Below are positions 44,558-52,671 of a stretch of 54,258 nt of DNA, one piece after another. Source of the DNA: Bacteroidota bacterium (GTDB lineage Bacteria > Bacteroidota > Rhodothermia > Rhodothermales > Rubricoccaceae); the NCBI GenBank assembly GCA_039178415.1, contig JBCDFF010000001.1, forward strand, positions 1-54,258, read 5' to 3'. How positions within the stretch are numbered: position 1 is the stretch's first letter; every line of letters starts with the position of its first letter. Below the pieces are notes generated by a model. It did no database searches. It worked only from the letters and a program-made list of their open reading frames with translations, and was not told the origin of the DNA. The translations under genes and the position numbers were made by a program.

Positions 44558-46677
44558 GTGCTGTTGCCGGGCTATACCATCTGAACGGTCAGGGCGCGGA
44601 CCAGGACGCGCTGCGCCGCATGGTTGATGCGATGCCGCACTGCGGGCCGGACGGTGCCGAGGTGTGGAGCCGGGGACCGGTAGGCCTCGGGCACCGGATG
44701 CTCCACACGACGCCTGAGTCGCTGCACGAAGTCCTACCGCTGGCGAACGCCGCCGGCACGCTCGCAGTCACTGCCGACGCCCGGATCGACAACCGGGCCG
44801 AACTGCTGGAGCAACTGCATCTCGGCGACAGCGAAGAATCAGTCACGGACAGCGCGCTCATCCTCGCGGCCTACGAGACCTGGGGCGAGCAGTGCCTCGA
44901 TCACCTCGTCGGCGACTTCGCCTTCGCCATTTGGGACGAGGCGGCGCAGCACCTCTTCTGCGCGCGCGACCACTTTGGTGTCCGGCCGTTCTACTATCAT
45001 CACCGGGCGGGCCGGCATTTCGCGTTCGGTACTGAGATCAAGGCGCTGCTTGCCGTCCCCGGCGTGCCGCAGCGGCTCAACGAGGTGCGCCTCGCGGACT
45101 TTCTCGCCACGATGCGGGAGGACCCGGAGAACACGATCTACCAGGAGGTCTTCCGGCTGCCTGCCGCACACGCGCTCGTTGTCTCGCCCGATGCGCTGCG
45201 GGTCTGGCGCTACTACACCCTCGCCCCAGCGACCGATGTTCCGCCGGACGCCTCCGACGCGGAGTACGAAGCGCGCTTCCGGGAGCTGTTCACCCAGGCC
45301 GTTCGCGCTCGGCTCCGCAGCGCATTTCCCGTCGGCTCCGAGTTGAGCGGCGGCATGGACTCCTCGTCGATCACGGCAGTCGCAGGGCAGATCATGGCGG
45401 ACGAGGGGAAGCCGCTCCACACGGTCTCGCTGGTCTACGACGACATCGAGGCGTGCGACGAGAGCCCCTTCATCAACGCCGTACTGGAGCAGGAGGGCGA
45501 CTTCGTTCCACACTTCGTCAAGGGCGACCGGCTCGGCCCGCTCTCCAACCTGGACGACGTGTACACGTATCTCGACGACGGCCTCGCCAGCGGCAACCAG
45601 CACCTGGTCTGGGCGGCGAAAGCCGCCGCGGGCGATGCCGGGATCCGCGTGCTGCTCGACGGCCTCGACGGCGACAACGTGGTGGGGCATGGGTTGCTCT
45701 ACCTCAAGGAGCTCGCCGAGACAGGCGACTGGGAGGCGTTCGCGCGCGAGAGCAAAGCGGCGGCGCGGCAGTTCCAACGCACCGAGCAGCGCCACAACTT
45801 CGAGGACAGCTTCGCTAGCCTCGACACCGCCTTCAACCGCTTCGGCCTGGCGCGCCTCCAGACCCTGGCCGACGAAAGCCGTTGGGGGGCGTTCTTCAAG
45901 GAGCTGGCGGCTGCCGAGCGGCTCTTCGGGGTGAAGCGCTCGGACGTGCTGCGGCTCCTGTGGCGGCGGCTCGTGCAGCCGGCGGCGCTTCTGCGCGCGC
46001 GCGACGCCCGGCGGAACGACAGCAACAATGCGGCGCGCCCCAAGCCGCTGCTTCCGCTCCTCGACCCGGACTTTGCCGAGCGTATCGGGATGGCCGAGCG
46101 TCTGCAGCGCTTCGAGGACCAGAAGCCAAACCTGACGACGGTACGGGACGTGCAGCGCCAGCTCCTGAACGGCTCGCGGATCCAGACGGCGCTCGAACTC
46201 ACGACGCATGCGAGCGCGGCCCACGGGATCGAGATCCGGCACCCCTTCTTCGACAAGCGGCTCGTCGAGTTCTGCCTCGCGCTGCCGCCGGGGCAGAGCC
46301 TGAAAGACGGGTGGACCCGGTCCATCCTGCGCCGCGCGCTCGGCGGCATCCTGCCGGAGAAGGTGCAGTGGCGCGTCGGCAAGGCGTGGCTCGCGCCGAA
46401 CTTCGAGCGCGGGCTCTACGAGCAGGACCGGGCACTGCTTGACGAGCACGTCGCGGACCTCGGCCCGCTGCGCCCATACGTGGACAAGAGCGTAGTCGAT
46501 GGCCTCTACCGCAGGGGAAAAGACGTTCCCAATATCGAGCAGGCACAGCTCGCTCGCATCACCACGCTCTCGTTCTGGCTGAAGAAGCGCTTCCCGACCT
46601 TAACGGAAGGTGAGACGCTGGCCTCGTCCGGCGGGTGCGACGGCGACCGCGGAGCCACGGTGCCTCAGGGGCCGTAG
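44554..46677 (+). CDS. Lasso peptide cyclase (asparagine-synthetase-like, McjC type)
   Basis: AsnB-like throughout (SELSGGMDSSSI PP-loop), but the N-terminus is (V)SAVAGLYHL, with Ser where AsnB has the glutaminase Cys2, as in lasso cyclases. Flanked by B2 and the precursor. Confidence 0.85.
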   Translation: MSAVAGLYHLNGQGADQDALRRMVDAMPHCGPDGAEVWSRGPVGLGHRMLHTTPESLHEVLPLANAAGTLAVTADARIDNRAELLEQLHLGDSEESVTDSALILAAYETWGEQCLDHLVGDFAFAIWDEAAQHLFCARDHFGVRPFYYHHRAGRHFAFGTEIKALLAVPGVPQRLNEVRLADFLATMREDPENTIYQEVFRLPAAHALVVSPDALRVWRYYTLAPATDVPPDASDAEYEARFRELFTQAVRARLRSAFPVGSELSGGMDSSSITAVAGQIMADEGKPLHTVSLVYDDIEACDESPFINAVLEQEGDFVPHFVKGDRLGPLSNLDDVYTYLDDGLASGNQHLVWAAKAAAGDAGIRVLLDGLDGDNVVGHGLLYLKELAETGDWEAFARESKAAARQFQRTEQRHNFEDSFASLDTAFNRFGLARLQTLADESRWGAFFKELAAAERLFGVKRSDVLRLLWRRLVQPAALLRARDARRNDSNNAARPKPLLPLLDPDFAERIGMAERLQRFEDQKPNLTTVRDVQRQLLNGSRIQTALELTTHASAAHGIEIRHPFFDKRLVEFCLALPPGQSLKDGWTRSILRRALGGILPEKVQWRVGKAWLAPNFERGLYEQDRALLDEHVADLGPLRPYVDKSVVDGLYRRGKDVPNIEQAQLARITTLSFWLKKRFPTLTEGETLASSGGCDGDRGATVPQGP

Positions 46678-46791
46678 CCATAAGGTGGCTCGGGGCCTTT
46701 GGCACAGTACGTGATGCCGGGCTATGTTCTGCCCTGCGGGCTTCCGCTTCGCAGACCTTCACCGTCCCCATTCACCAAGCGGTACTTCACC

Positions 46792-46980
46792 ATGAAGACC
46801 TACAGCGCACCCATGCTCACCGAGTACGGCGACGTGGCCGCGATCACGGCGACGCTGGGCGACCCCTTCACGGGCGACCAGTCGTTCGACGTGGACGGCA
46901 ACGTGATCGAGGAAGGACTCAACTCGATCAACCAGTGCCCGACGCTCGAGTTCGAGACGTGCCACTTCGAGAACCCGTAG
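46792..46980 (+). CDS. Lasso peptide precursor (62 aa)
   Basis: MKTYSAPMLTEYGDVAAITATLGDPFTGDQSFDVDGNVIEEGLNSINQCPTLEFETCHFENP. The leader fits YxxPxLx3Gx5Tx exactly (Y4,P7,L9,G13,T19). A Gly-x5-Asp (GDPFTGD) macrolactam candidate follows. Located immediately after the cyclase gene. Confidence 0.7.
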   Translation: MKTYSAPMLTEYGDVAAITATLGDPFTGDQSFDVDGNVIEEGLNSINQCPTLEFETCHFENP

Positions 46981-47016
46981 CAACGGCTACGGCACTCGGT
47001 TGCAATGCACGACACG

Positions 47017-47052
47017 GCGAAGGCTCCAGGGACTCTTCCCCGGAGCCTTCGC
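47017..47052 (+). terminator. Strong stem-loop 37 nt downstream of the precursor stop (attenuator / mRNA-stabilising hairpin candidate)
   Basis: gcgaaggctcc (47017-47027) pairs perfectly with ggagccttcgc (47042-47052), with extra ggg/ccc pairing inside. No U-tract follows. Confidence 0.45.
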
Positions 47053-47130
47053 TAAAGTGAGGCGTTTGGGCCTCGCGTATCCACCCGTTTCATCCCCAGG
47101 GTCCCGCCGCCTGAAGCTCGCCTCCACCTC

Positions 47131-48045
47131 ATGCACCGTTACAAGGCTTTCGGACTTTCGATCCACTCAGACATCGCGCTCTCCGGTTTCGCCCCGGGCA
47201 GCAGCCTGCCGGACATTACGATCCAGAAGGGCGACCTGCGCGTGCGGAAGACGGCACCGGGCGCGCGGCACGGGAACGTCGTCTCGGGGCACATCAAAGA
47301 GGACCACTGGGACCTGGACCTCCTCTTCCACATCCAGGGCGGCGAGGTGGTCACCTACGACACGCTGAAGCCGCTCTCCGAGGACCTGCTCCGCAGCTTC
47401 GTGCAGGGCGCGCTCCTGGCCGCCGTCCTGCGGCAGCGGCACCTCCTCGTGCTTCACGGCTCGGCGGTCTCCGACGGCGAGCAGGCCATCGCCTTCCTCG
47501 GCAACTCCGGCTGGGGCAAGTCCACGCTCGCCGAATACTTCTGCCAGCGTGGGTACGAACTCATCACCGACGACGTGATGGTGGTCGTCCCCGGCACTGA
47601 GGCCGAGCCGGCGCGCATCCCCCCGGGCGTCAAGCAGGTCCGCCTCCGCCCCCATTCCGCTGAGCGGCTTGTCGAGGACTACGAGAGCCTCCCGCTGGTC
47701 ACTGAGGTCTCGGCCAAGCGCCTGCGCGTTCTAAAGGGCGAGGAGGTGCGGTCGATACCCCTGTCGAAGCTGTACATTCTGCAGCGGCAGACGGCCGACG
47801 CGAACCGCATCACGCCGCTGGACCCGCAGCAGGTCCCGCTTCACTGCGTCGCCCACACGCACGCCACCAACTGGATCACCGACCCTGAGTACGTCTCGGA
47901 GCACTTCAGGCAGTGCGCCCAACTCGCCAAGCACACGCCGGTCGCCCTCCTGGAGCGTATCCTGTCGCTCGACGCGCTCCCGGATATCTACGACCTCGTC
48001 ACGGCCGACGTCGACGAGCTCTCCGCGAGTGAGCAGCCCACCTAA
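47131..48045 (+). CDS. HPr-kinase-like serine kinase associated with lasso clusters
   Basis: LVLHGSAVSDGEQAIAFLGNSGWGKSTLAEYFCQRGYELITDD matches the HprK C-terminal P-loop domain pattern seen in lasso-associated kinases (PadeK/ThcoK type). Confidence 0.7.
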   Translation: MHRYKAFGLSIHSDIALSGFAPGSSLPDITIQKGDLRVRKTAPGARHGNVVSGHIKEDHWDLDLLFHIQGGEVVTYDTLKPLSEDLLRSFVQGALLAAVLRQRHLLVLHGSAVSDGEQAIAFLGNSGWGKSTLAEYFCQRGYELITDDVMVVVPGTEAEPARIPPGVKQVRLRPHSAERLVEDYESLPLVTEVSAKRLRVLKGEEVRSIPLSKLYILQRQTADANRITPLDPQQVPLHCVAHTHATNWITDPEYVSEHFRQCAQLAKHTPVALLERILSLDALPDIYDLVTADVDELSASEQPT

Positions 48046-48056
48046 GCAGTCCCCCG

Positions 48057-49991
48057 ATGACAGCAGCGCAAACGTGGCGGCACAGAGCCGATGACCTGAA
48101 GCTGCGGGCCTCCTACGTGCGGATGGCCCTCCGGCTGATCTGGTCGGCGGCGAGCACCTGGACGGTGCTATGGTTCGCGCTGCTCGCGGTGCAGGGCACC
48201 CTCCCGGCGGCGGTCGTCTACCTCACGAAGTGGCTCGTCGACAGCCTCGCCGCAGCGGTGGCCGGAGAGGTCGGCCTCGGCGCGGTGATCGCGCCGGCCG
48301 CACTGATGGGCGGCATCATGATCCTCCAGCGCGTCCTCGGCGGGATCAACGAGTGGGTCTCGACGGCCCAGGCCGAACTCGTCGGGGACCGGGTGAAGGA
48401 GCTCGTCCACGAGAAGGCGACCGAGGTGGACTTCGGGTTCTACGAGTCGGCGGACTACCACGACAAGCTGGAGCAGGTCAACTCGCAGGCCAACAGCCGC
48501 GTGCTCCAGCTCCTCAAGAACATCGGCGGGCTGCTGCAGGCGGCTGTGACGCTGCTCTCGATCTCGGCGATCCTGCTCAGCTACAGCCTGTGGCTCCCGC
48601 TCGTGCTCATCGTGAGCACGCTGCCCGCGTTCTTCGTCGTCGTGCGGCACAACAAGAAGTACCACGCGTGGTGGAAGGGGTCGACCGCCCGCCGCCGCCT
48701 CGCGCAGTACTTCGACCTCATGGTGACCTTCGACGCCTCGGCGGCCGAGGTGCGGATCAACAACACGGGCACCTACTTCCGCACGCGCTACATGGCGCTG
48801 CGCAAGGCGCTGCGCGAGGAGCGGCTCGACCTCCTCAAGCGGCAGGTGCTGGCGCGGCTCTTCGCTACGTTCCTCGGCCTCCTCGCCACCGCCGGCGCGA
48901 TGCTCTGGGTGGTGCTCCGGGCGACGCGCGGCGCGGCCACGCTCGGCGACCTCGCTCTCTTTTACCAGGCGTTCAATCAGGGCCAGGCACTCGTCGGCGG
49001 GCTGCTCCAGAACATGGGGCAGATCTACACCAACACGCTCTTCCTAGAGCACCTCTTCGATTTCCTCGACCAGGAGAACGCCCTCGAAGAATCCGAGGCA
49101 CCGACGCCGTTCCCGGCCCGGATCGACGAAGGGGTCCGGTTCGAAGACGTTTCCTTCAGCTATCCCGGTTTCGAGCGGAAGGCCCTCGAAGGGTTCAGCC
49201 TTACGATCCCGGCCGGCAAGATCGTCGCCATCGTCGGCGAGAACGGGGCGGGCAAGAGCACGTTCATCAAGCTCCTCTGCCGGTTCTACGACCCGACGGC
49301 CGGGCGCATCACAGTCGACGGGACCGACCTCCGCGACTTCGCGCAGGCGGACCTCCGCCGCCACGTCTCGGTGATGTTCCAGGTGCCGATGAAGTACCAG
49401 ATGACGGCCGAGCAGAACATCCGCCTCGGCGACCTCGCCCGCGAGACGGGCCGCGACGCGGTCCAGGCGGCGGCGGTCGGCGGCGGGGCGCACGAGGTGA
49501 TCCAGAAGCTGCCGCAGACCTACGACCAGGTGCTCGGGCGCTGGTTCGAGACGGGGAGCGAACTGAGCGGGGGCGAGTGGCAGCGCGTGGCGCTCTCGCG
49601 GGCGTTTTTCCGCGAGGCCCCCATCGTCGTCCTCGACGAGCCGACGAGTTCGATGGACTCGTGGGCCGAGAACGAGTGGCTGGCACGGTTCCGACGGATG
49701 GTCGAGGGCCGAACGGCGCTGCTGATCACGCACCGCTTCACAACCGCGATGCAGGCCGACGTCATCCACGTCATGGACGCTGGCCAGGTCGTCGAGACGG
49801 GCACGCACGACCAACTGCTGGCCCTCGGCGGGCGCTACGCGGCGTCGTGGCGCGCCCAGATGCGGCAGGAGGAAGGCACGGTCGAGTCGATCGCGGGCGA
49901 GTCCGTCCTCGGCGACGGCCTCGCGGGGGAGGAAGCCGCCGGCGTGCATCCGACCCTCGACGCGGACGCGGAGCCGCCCTCGGTGCGATGA
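48057..49991 (+). CDS. Fused TMD-NBD ABC exporter (McjD-like lasso exporter/immunity)
   Basis: Six N-terminal hydrophobic segments. Walker A GENGAGKST, signature LSGGEWQR, Walker B IVVLDEPTS. Confidence 0.9.
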   Translation: MTAAQTWRHRADDLKLRASYVRMALRLIWSAASTWTVLWFALLAVQGTLPAAVVYLTKWLVDSLAAAVAGEVGLGAVIAPAALMGGIMILQRVLGGINEWVSTAQAELVGDRVKELVHEKATEVDFGFYESADYHDKLEQVNSQANSRVLQLLKNIGGLLQAAVTLLSISAILLSYSLWLPLVLIVSTLPAFFVVVRHNKKYHAWWKGSTARRRLAQYFDLMVTFDASAAEVRINNTGTYFRTRYMALRKALREERLDLLKRQVLARLFATFLGLLATAGAMLWVVLRATRGAATLGDLALFYQAFNQGQALVGGLLQNMGQIYTNTLFLEHLFDFLDQENALEESEAPTPFPARIDEGVRFEDVSFSYPGFERKALEGFSLTIPAGKIVAIVGENGAGKSTFIKLLCRFYDPTAGRITVDGTDLRDFAQADLRRHVSVMFQVPMKYQMTAEQNIRLGDLARETGRDAVQAAAVGGGAHEVIQKLPQTYDQVLGRWFETGSELSGGEWQRVALSRAFFREAPIVVLDEPTSSMDSWAENEWLARFRRMVEGRTALLITHRFTTAMQADVIHVMDAGQVVETGTHDQLLALGGRYAASWRAQMRQEEGTVESIAGESVLGDGLAGEEAAGVHPTLDADAEPPSVR

Positions 49992-50590
49992 GACTCCCGC
50001 AGTGGCTCGCCTACGGACTCGCCCCCGCCGTCCTCGTGCTCGGCGTGGCCCTCCAGCGCTACAACGTGGCGGTCCACGACCAGACGAAGTGGACCGGCGG
50101 CGGCTTCGCTATGTTCTCGACGGTCGACGTGCCGGGCGCGCGCGCGCTCCGCGCCTACGTGGTCACGGACCAGGGCGAGGCGCTCGCGGTCGAGCCCGAC
50201 TACGGCATCGAGCGGCGGCTCGTCTACACCCAGCCTAAGCAGGAGCGTCTCCACGCCGTAGCCCAGCACCTCGCCGCCCAGACCTGGCGCGTCTACGATG
50301 CCTCGACGTACCTGGAGGTCTGGCCGTCGCTCCCGGACTTTCTCCAGCGCTACTTCCAGCGCTCCGACGCCTGGCAGGCTGCCTGGACAGACTCGGCTTC
50401 CACCGAGGGTCTCTACCCCGGCCACCTCGCCTTCGCTGCACGCCGCGCGCCGTACAACGGGCGCCCGGCAGAGGTCGCGATCACCGGTGCCCGCGTCGAG
50501 GTCTGGAAGCCCGTCTTCGACCCCGACGCCGAGGAGCTCAGCTGGCAGCGGATCGCCGAGGCTACGGCGCAGACGGCCTCGGCCGAGTAA
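49988..50590 (+). CDS. Small N-terminally anchored protein (possible SdpA/DUF5819-like), copy 2
   Basis: The ATG at 49988-49990 overlaps the ABC exporter TGA (49989-49991). MRLPQWLAYGLAPAVLVLGVAL is a TM helix. The KWTGGGFAMFSTVD motif is shared with 4914-5585. The N-terminal 606 codons of ORF 48170-50590 are an out-of-frame shadow of the ABC gene. Confidence 0.5.
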   Translation: MRLPQWLAYGLAPAVLVLGVALQRYNVAVHDQTKWTGGGFAMFSTVDVPGARALRAYVVTDQGEALAVEPDYGIERRLVYTQPKQERLHAVAQHLAAQTWRVYDASTYLEVWPSLPDFLQRYFQRSDAWQAAWTDSASTEGLYPGHLAFAARRAPYNGRPAEVAITGARVEVWKPVFDPDAEELSWQRIAEATAQTASAE

Positions 50591-50596
50591 GTACGC

Positions 50597-51508
50597 ATGG
50601 ACGCGTCCGCCCAAACGCCCACCGTGTCACCCCCGCCCGAAGGCGGCCTGCGCGCCCTCGTCCGGCGTCCGGTCGACGCCCTCCTCCGGGCTGATCTCTT
50701 CGAGCTAGGCGCGGCGATGACGCTCCTGATGATCGTGCTGTCGCTGCACGAGCCGTCGTGGCCGGTCAAGCTCGGGCTCGTGACGCTCACCGCGACGGCG
50801 CTCGTGCTGCGCCCGCTGATGCGGAACCCGCTGCTGTGGCTCGGCCTCGTCGGCGTCCTCGTGCTGGCCTACACCCAGACGTGGTACCAGCAGAACAACC
50901 ACGACTACCTCAAGCTCTACTGGTGCCTCGGCGTCGGGGTCTCGCTCCTCGCCGCCGAGCCGCTGCGGGCGGTGCGTGTCAACGCCCGCATTCTCATCGG
51001 GCTCTGCTTCCTGTTTGCGACCGTCTGGAAAGCCGTCTCGGTGGACTACATGAGCGGCGCGTTCTTCAACTACTTCCTCCTCCAGGACACGCGCTTCGAA
51101 CTCTTCGCCGACCACCTCGTCGGCCTCGACCCGAGCGTGCTGATGCAGGAACGTGCTGGCCGGGTGTTCTACACCGCGTTCGGCGATCCGGCGGGTGTGC
51201 TCGCCGTGCCGTTCGCGGCCGAAGCCCGGTGGCTCGGGGTTGCGATGACGTGGTGGACACTCCTCATCGAGGGGGCCGTAGCTCTGGCCTTTCTCCTCCC
51301 GGCGCGGTTCACCCTGGCGAAGTGGCGCGACGCCGTGCTCCTGGTGTTCATCTTCTCGACCTACTTCATCGCTCCCATCCTCTACTTCGCATGGCTCATC
51401 ACAGCGATGGGCCTGATCCAGTGCGAGCGGGAGACGTTCCGCTACGCTCCGGTCCTGTATGTGGCAGCCTTCGTGCTCGTCCTGATGCGGTTTTACCTTC
51501 CAGTATGA
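50597..51508 (+). CDS. Polytopic membrane protein, HTTM-like (vitamin K gamma-carboxylase/SdpB-like), copy 2
   Basis: QQNNHDYLKLYWCL, LFATVWKAVSVDYMSGAFF, MTWWTLLIEGAVALAFLL. Colinear with 3971-4903 over the whole length. Confidence 0.6.
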   Translation: MDASAQTPTVSPPPEGGLRALVRRPVDALLRADLFELGAAMTLLMIVLSLHEPSWPVKLGLVTLTATALVLRPLMRNPLLWLGLVGVLVLAYTQTWYQQNNHDYLKLYWCLGVGVSLLAAEPLRAVRVNARILIGLCFLFATVWKAVSVDYMSGAFFNYFLLQDTRFELFADHLVGLDPSVLMQERAGRVFYTAFGDPAGVLAVPFAAEARWLGVAMTWWTLLIEGAVALAFLLPARFTLAKWRDAVLLVFIFSTYFIAPILYFAWLITAMGLIQCERETFRYAPVLYVAAFVLVLMRFYLPV

Positions 51509-52671
51509 CGAACAACGCGGGGCTAGGTGCGGCTCCCCGACCGGCGCGGCGCGGAAGGCGGGTGGTGCGCCTCGGCCTGCGTGTGGCCGAGGTCGCACTC
51601 GTCGGCCTGCTCATCATGGCCTTCACGGCGGCCTACGTGCCCCCGGACACGCTCTGGTGGGGGCAGTTTGTCGCCATCTTCAGCGGCCTGCTGCTCGCCA
51701 TCGTCGCGGTCGTCGCAGCCATCGCTGCGGTCAAGCGGCAGTGGCGGCGGGCCGCGCTGCACGCCTCGCTCCTCACCGGTGCCCTGCTGATGCCCGCTCT
51801 CAGCGCCCGCCCTGACCCGGTCCCCGCCCCGCCCGACGCGCCGGGGCTGACCGTGATGACGTTCAACGCGAGCGTGCGGCACGCCGGCAGCGAGCAGGAC
51901 GCCCTCGCCGCCCTCCTGGCCCGCGACAAGCCCCACCTCATCGCGCTCCAGGAATTCTCCATCCGCCTGATCCGCGAAACGGGCGTCACGATGGGCGCGC
52001 CGCTGCTCGGGCCGCTGCTCAAGGACCGGGCGTACGAAGCGTCCTGGCCCGACACCGAGGGCAAGGACTACCTCTTCAGCCGTCCGATCTTCTCGCGCAT
52101 CCAGGCGCAGGAGCAGGGCGAGGTCCTGGCCGGCGACCCCCCGACAGGTCCTCGGTCCGGCGGACTGTGGTCCTCTGGCGGCATCACGCGCCGGCTCTAC
52201 CGGTGGGACGGCCGGACAATCGCCCTCTACAACGTGCACCTCCACTCGTTCAGCAGCCACCGCCCGTGGCGCGAGGCGGACGAGCGGTTTTCGCTCCGGG
52301 CCTGGGCGGACGCGCTCCAGGACTACCGCCGGGACTTCGAGGTGCGCGCCGAGCAGGCCCGCGTCCTGCGACGCCTCCTGGATGAGGAAGCGCATCCGTT
52401 CATCGTCTGCGGCGACTTCAACAGCACGCCTCGAAGCTGGGTCTACGCCTACCTCCAGCAGGGCCTCCGCGACGCGTTCCGGGAGGCCGGATCGGGATGG
52501 GGCGCTACGTTCCCCGCGCGCCTTCCGCTCATCCGCATAGACTATCTCCTCGTCAGCGATGCGTGGTCCGTGCGCCGGGCCTACGTAGACACCGGCCTGG
52601 CCTCCGACCACCGACCGGTCATCGCAGAGCTCGTGCTGCGGACGGAGCCGGAACCGACCGCGAACCGGTAG
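51505..52671 (+). CDS. Membrane-anchored endonuclease/exonuclease/phosphatase (EEP) family protein
   Basis: The ATG overlaps the HTTM gene stop (ATGA). There are 2-3 N-terminal TM helices. Then LTVMTFNA..., IALQEF, VCGDFNSTP and LASDHRPVIAEL, the EEP catalytic motifs. Confidence 0.75.
   Translation: MTNNAGLGAAPRPARRGRRVVRLGLRVAEVALVGLLIMAFTAAYVPPDTLWWGQFVAIFSGLLLAIVAVVAAIAAVKRQWRRAALHASLLTGALLMPALSARPDPVPAPPDAPGLTVMTFNASVRHAGSEQDALAALLARDKPHLIALQEFSIRLIRETGVTMGAPLLGPLLKDRAYEASWPDTEGKDYLFSRPIFSRIQAQEQGEVLAGDPPTGPRSGGLWSSGGITRRLYRWDGRTIALYNVHLHSFSSHRPWREADERFSLRAWADALQDYRRDFEVRAEQARVLRRLLDEEAHPFIVCGDFNSTPRSWVYAYLQQGLRDAFREAGSGWGATFPARLPLIRIDYLLVSDAWSVRRAYVDTGLASDHRPVIAELVLRTEPEPTANR

Noticed and set aside
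44839-46449. 536-aa ORF on the minus strand
   Set aside because: It is antisense to the lasso cyclase, whose Asn-synthetase motifs are clear. It has a typical high-GC shadow frame composition (R/E/V/A/P-rich).
46700-46718. TGGCAC motif upstream of the precursor, considered as a sigma-54 -24 element
   Set aside because: The spacing is wrong. No GC dinucleotide lies 10 nt after the GG, and no TTGC(A/T) -12 element follows (the sequence is TGGCACAGTACGTGATGC).
46699-46791. Longer 93-aa version of the precursor ORF starting at 46699
   Set aside because: The extra 31 residues (MAQYVMPGYVLPCGLPLRRPSPSPFTKRYFT) have no leader-like features. The canonical YxxPxL leader motif begins right after the internal Met at 46792.
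48170-49987. N-terminal ~606 codons of the 806-aa ORF 48170-50590
   Set aside because: It is out of frame with, and fully inside, the ABC exporter gene, and it gives an Arg/Gly/Pro-rich nonsense-like sequence. Only the part from ATG 49988 onward (TM helix + GGGFAMFSTVD motif, paralogous to 4914-5585) looks real.
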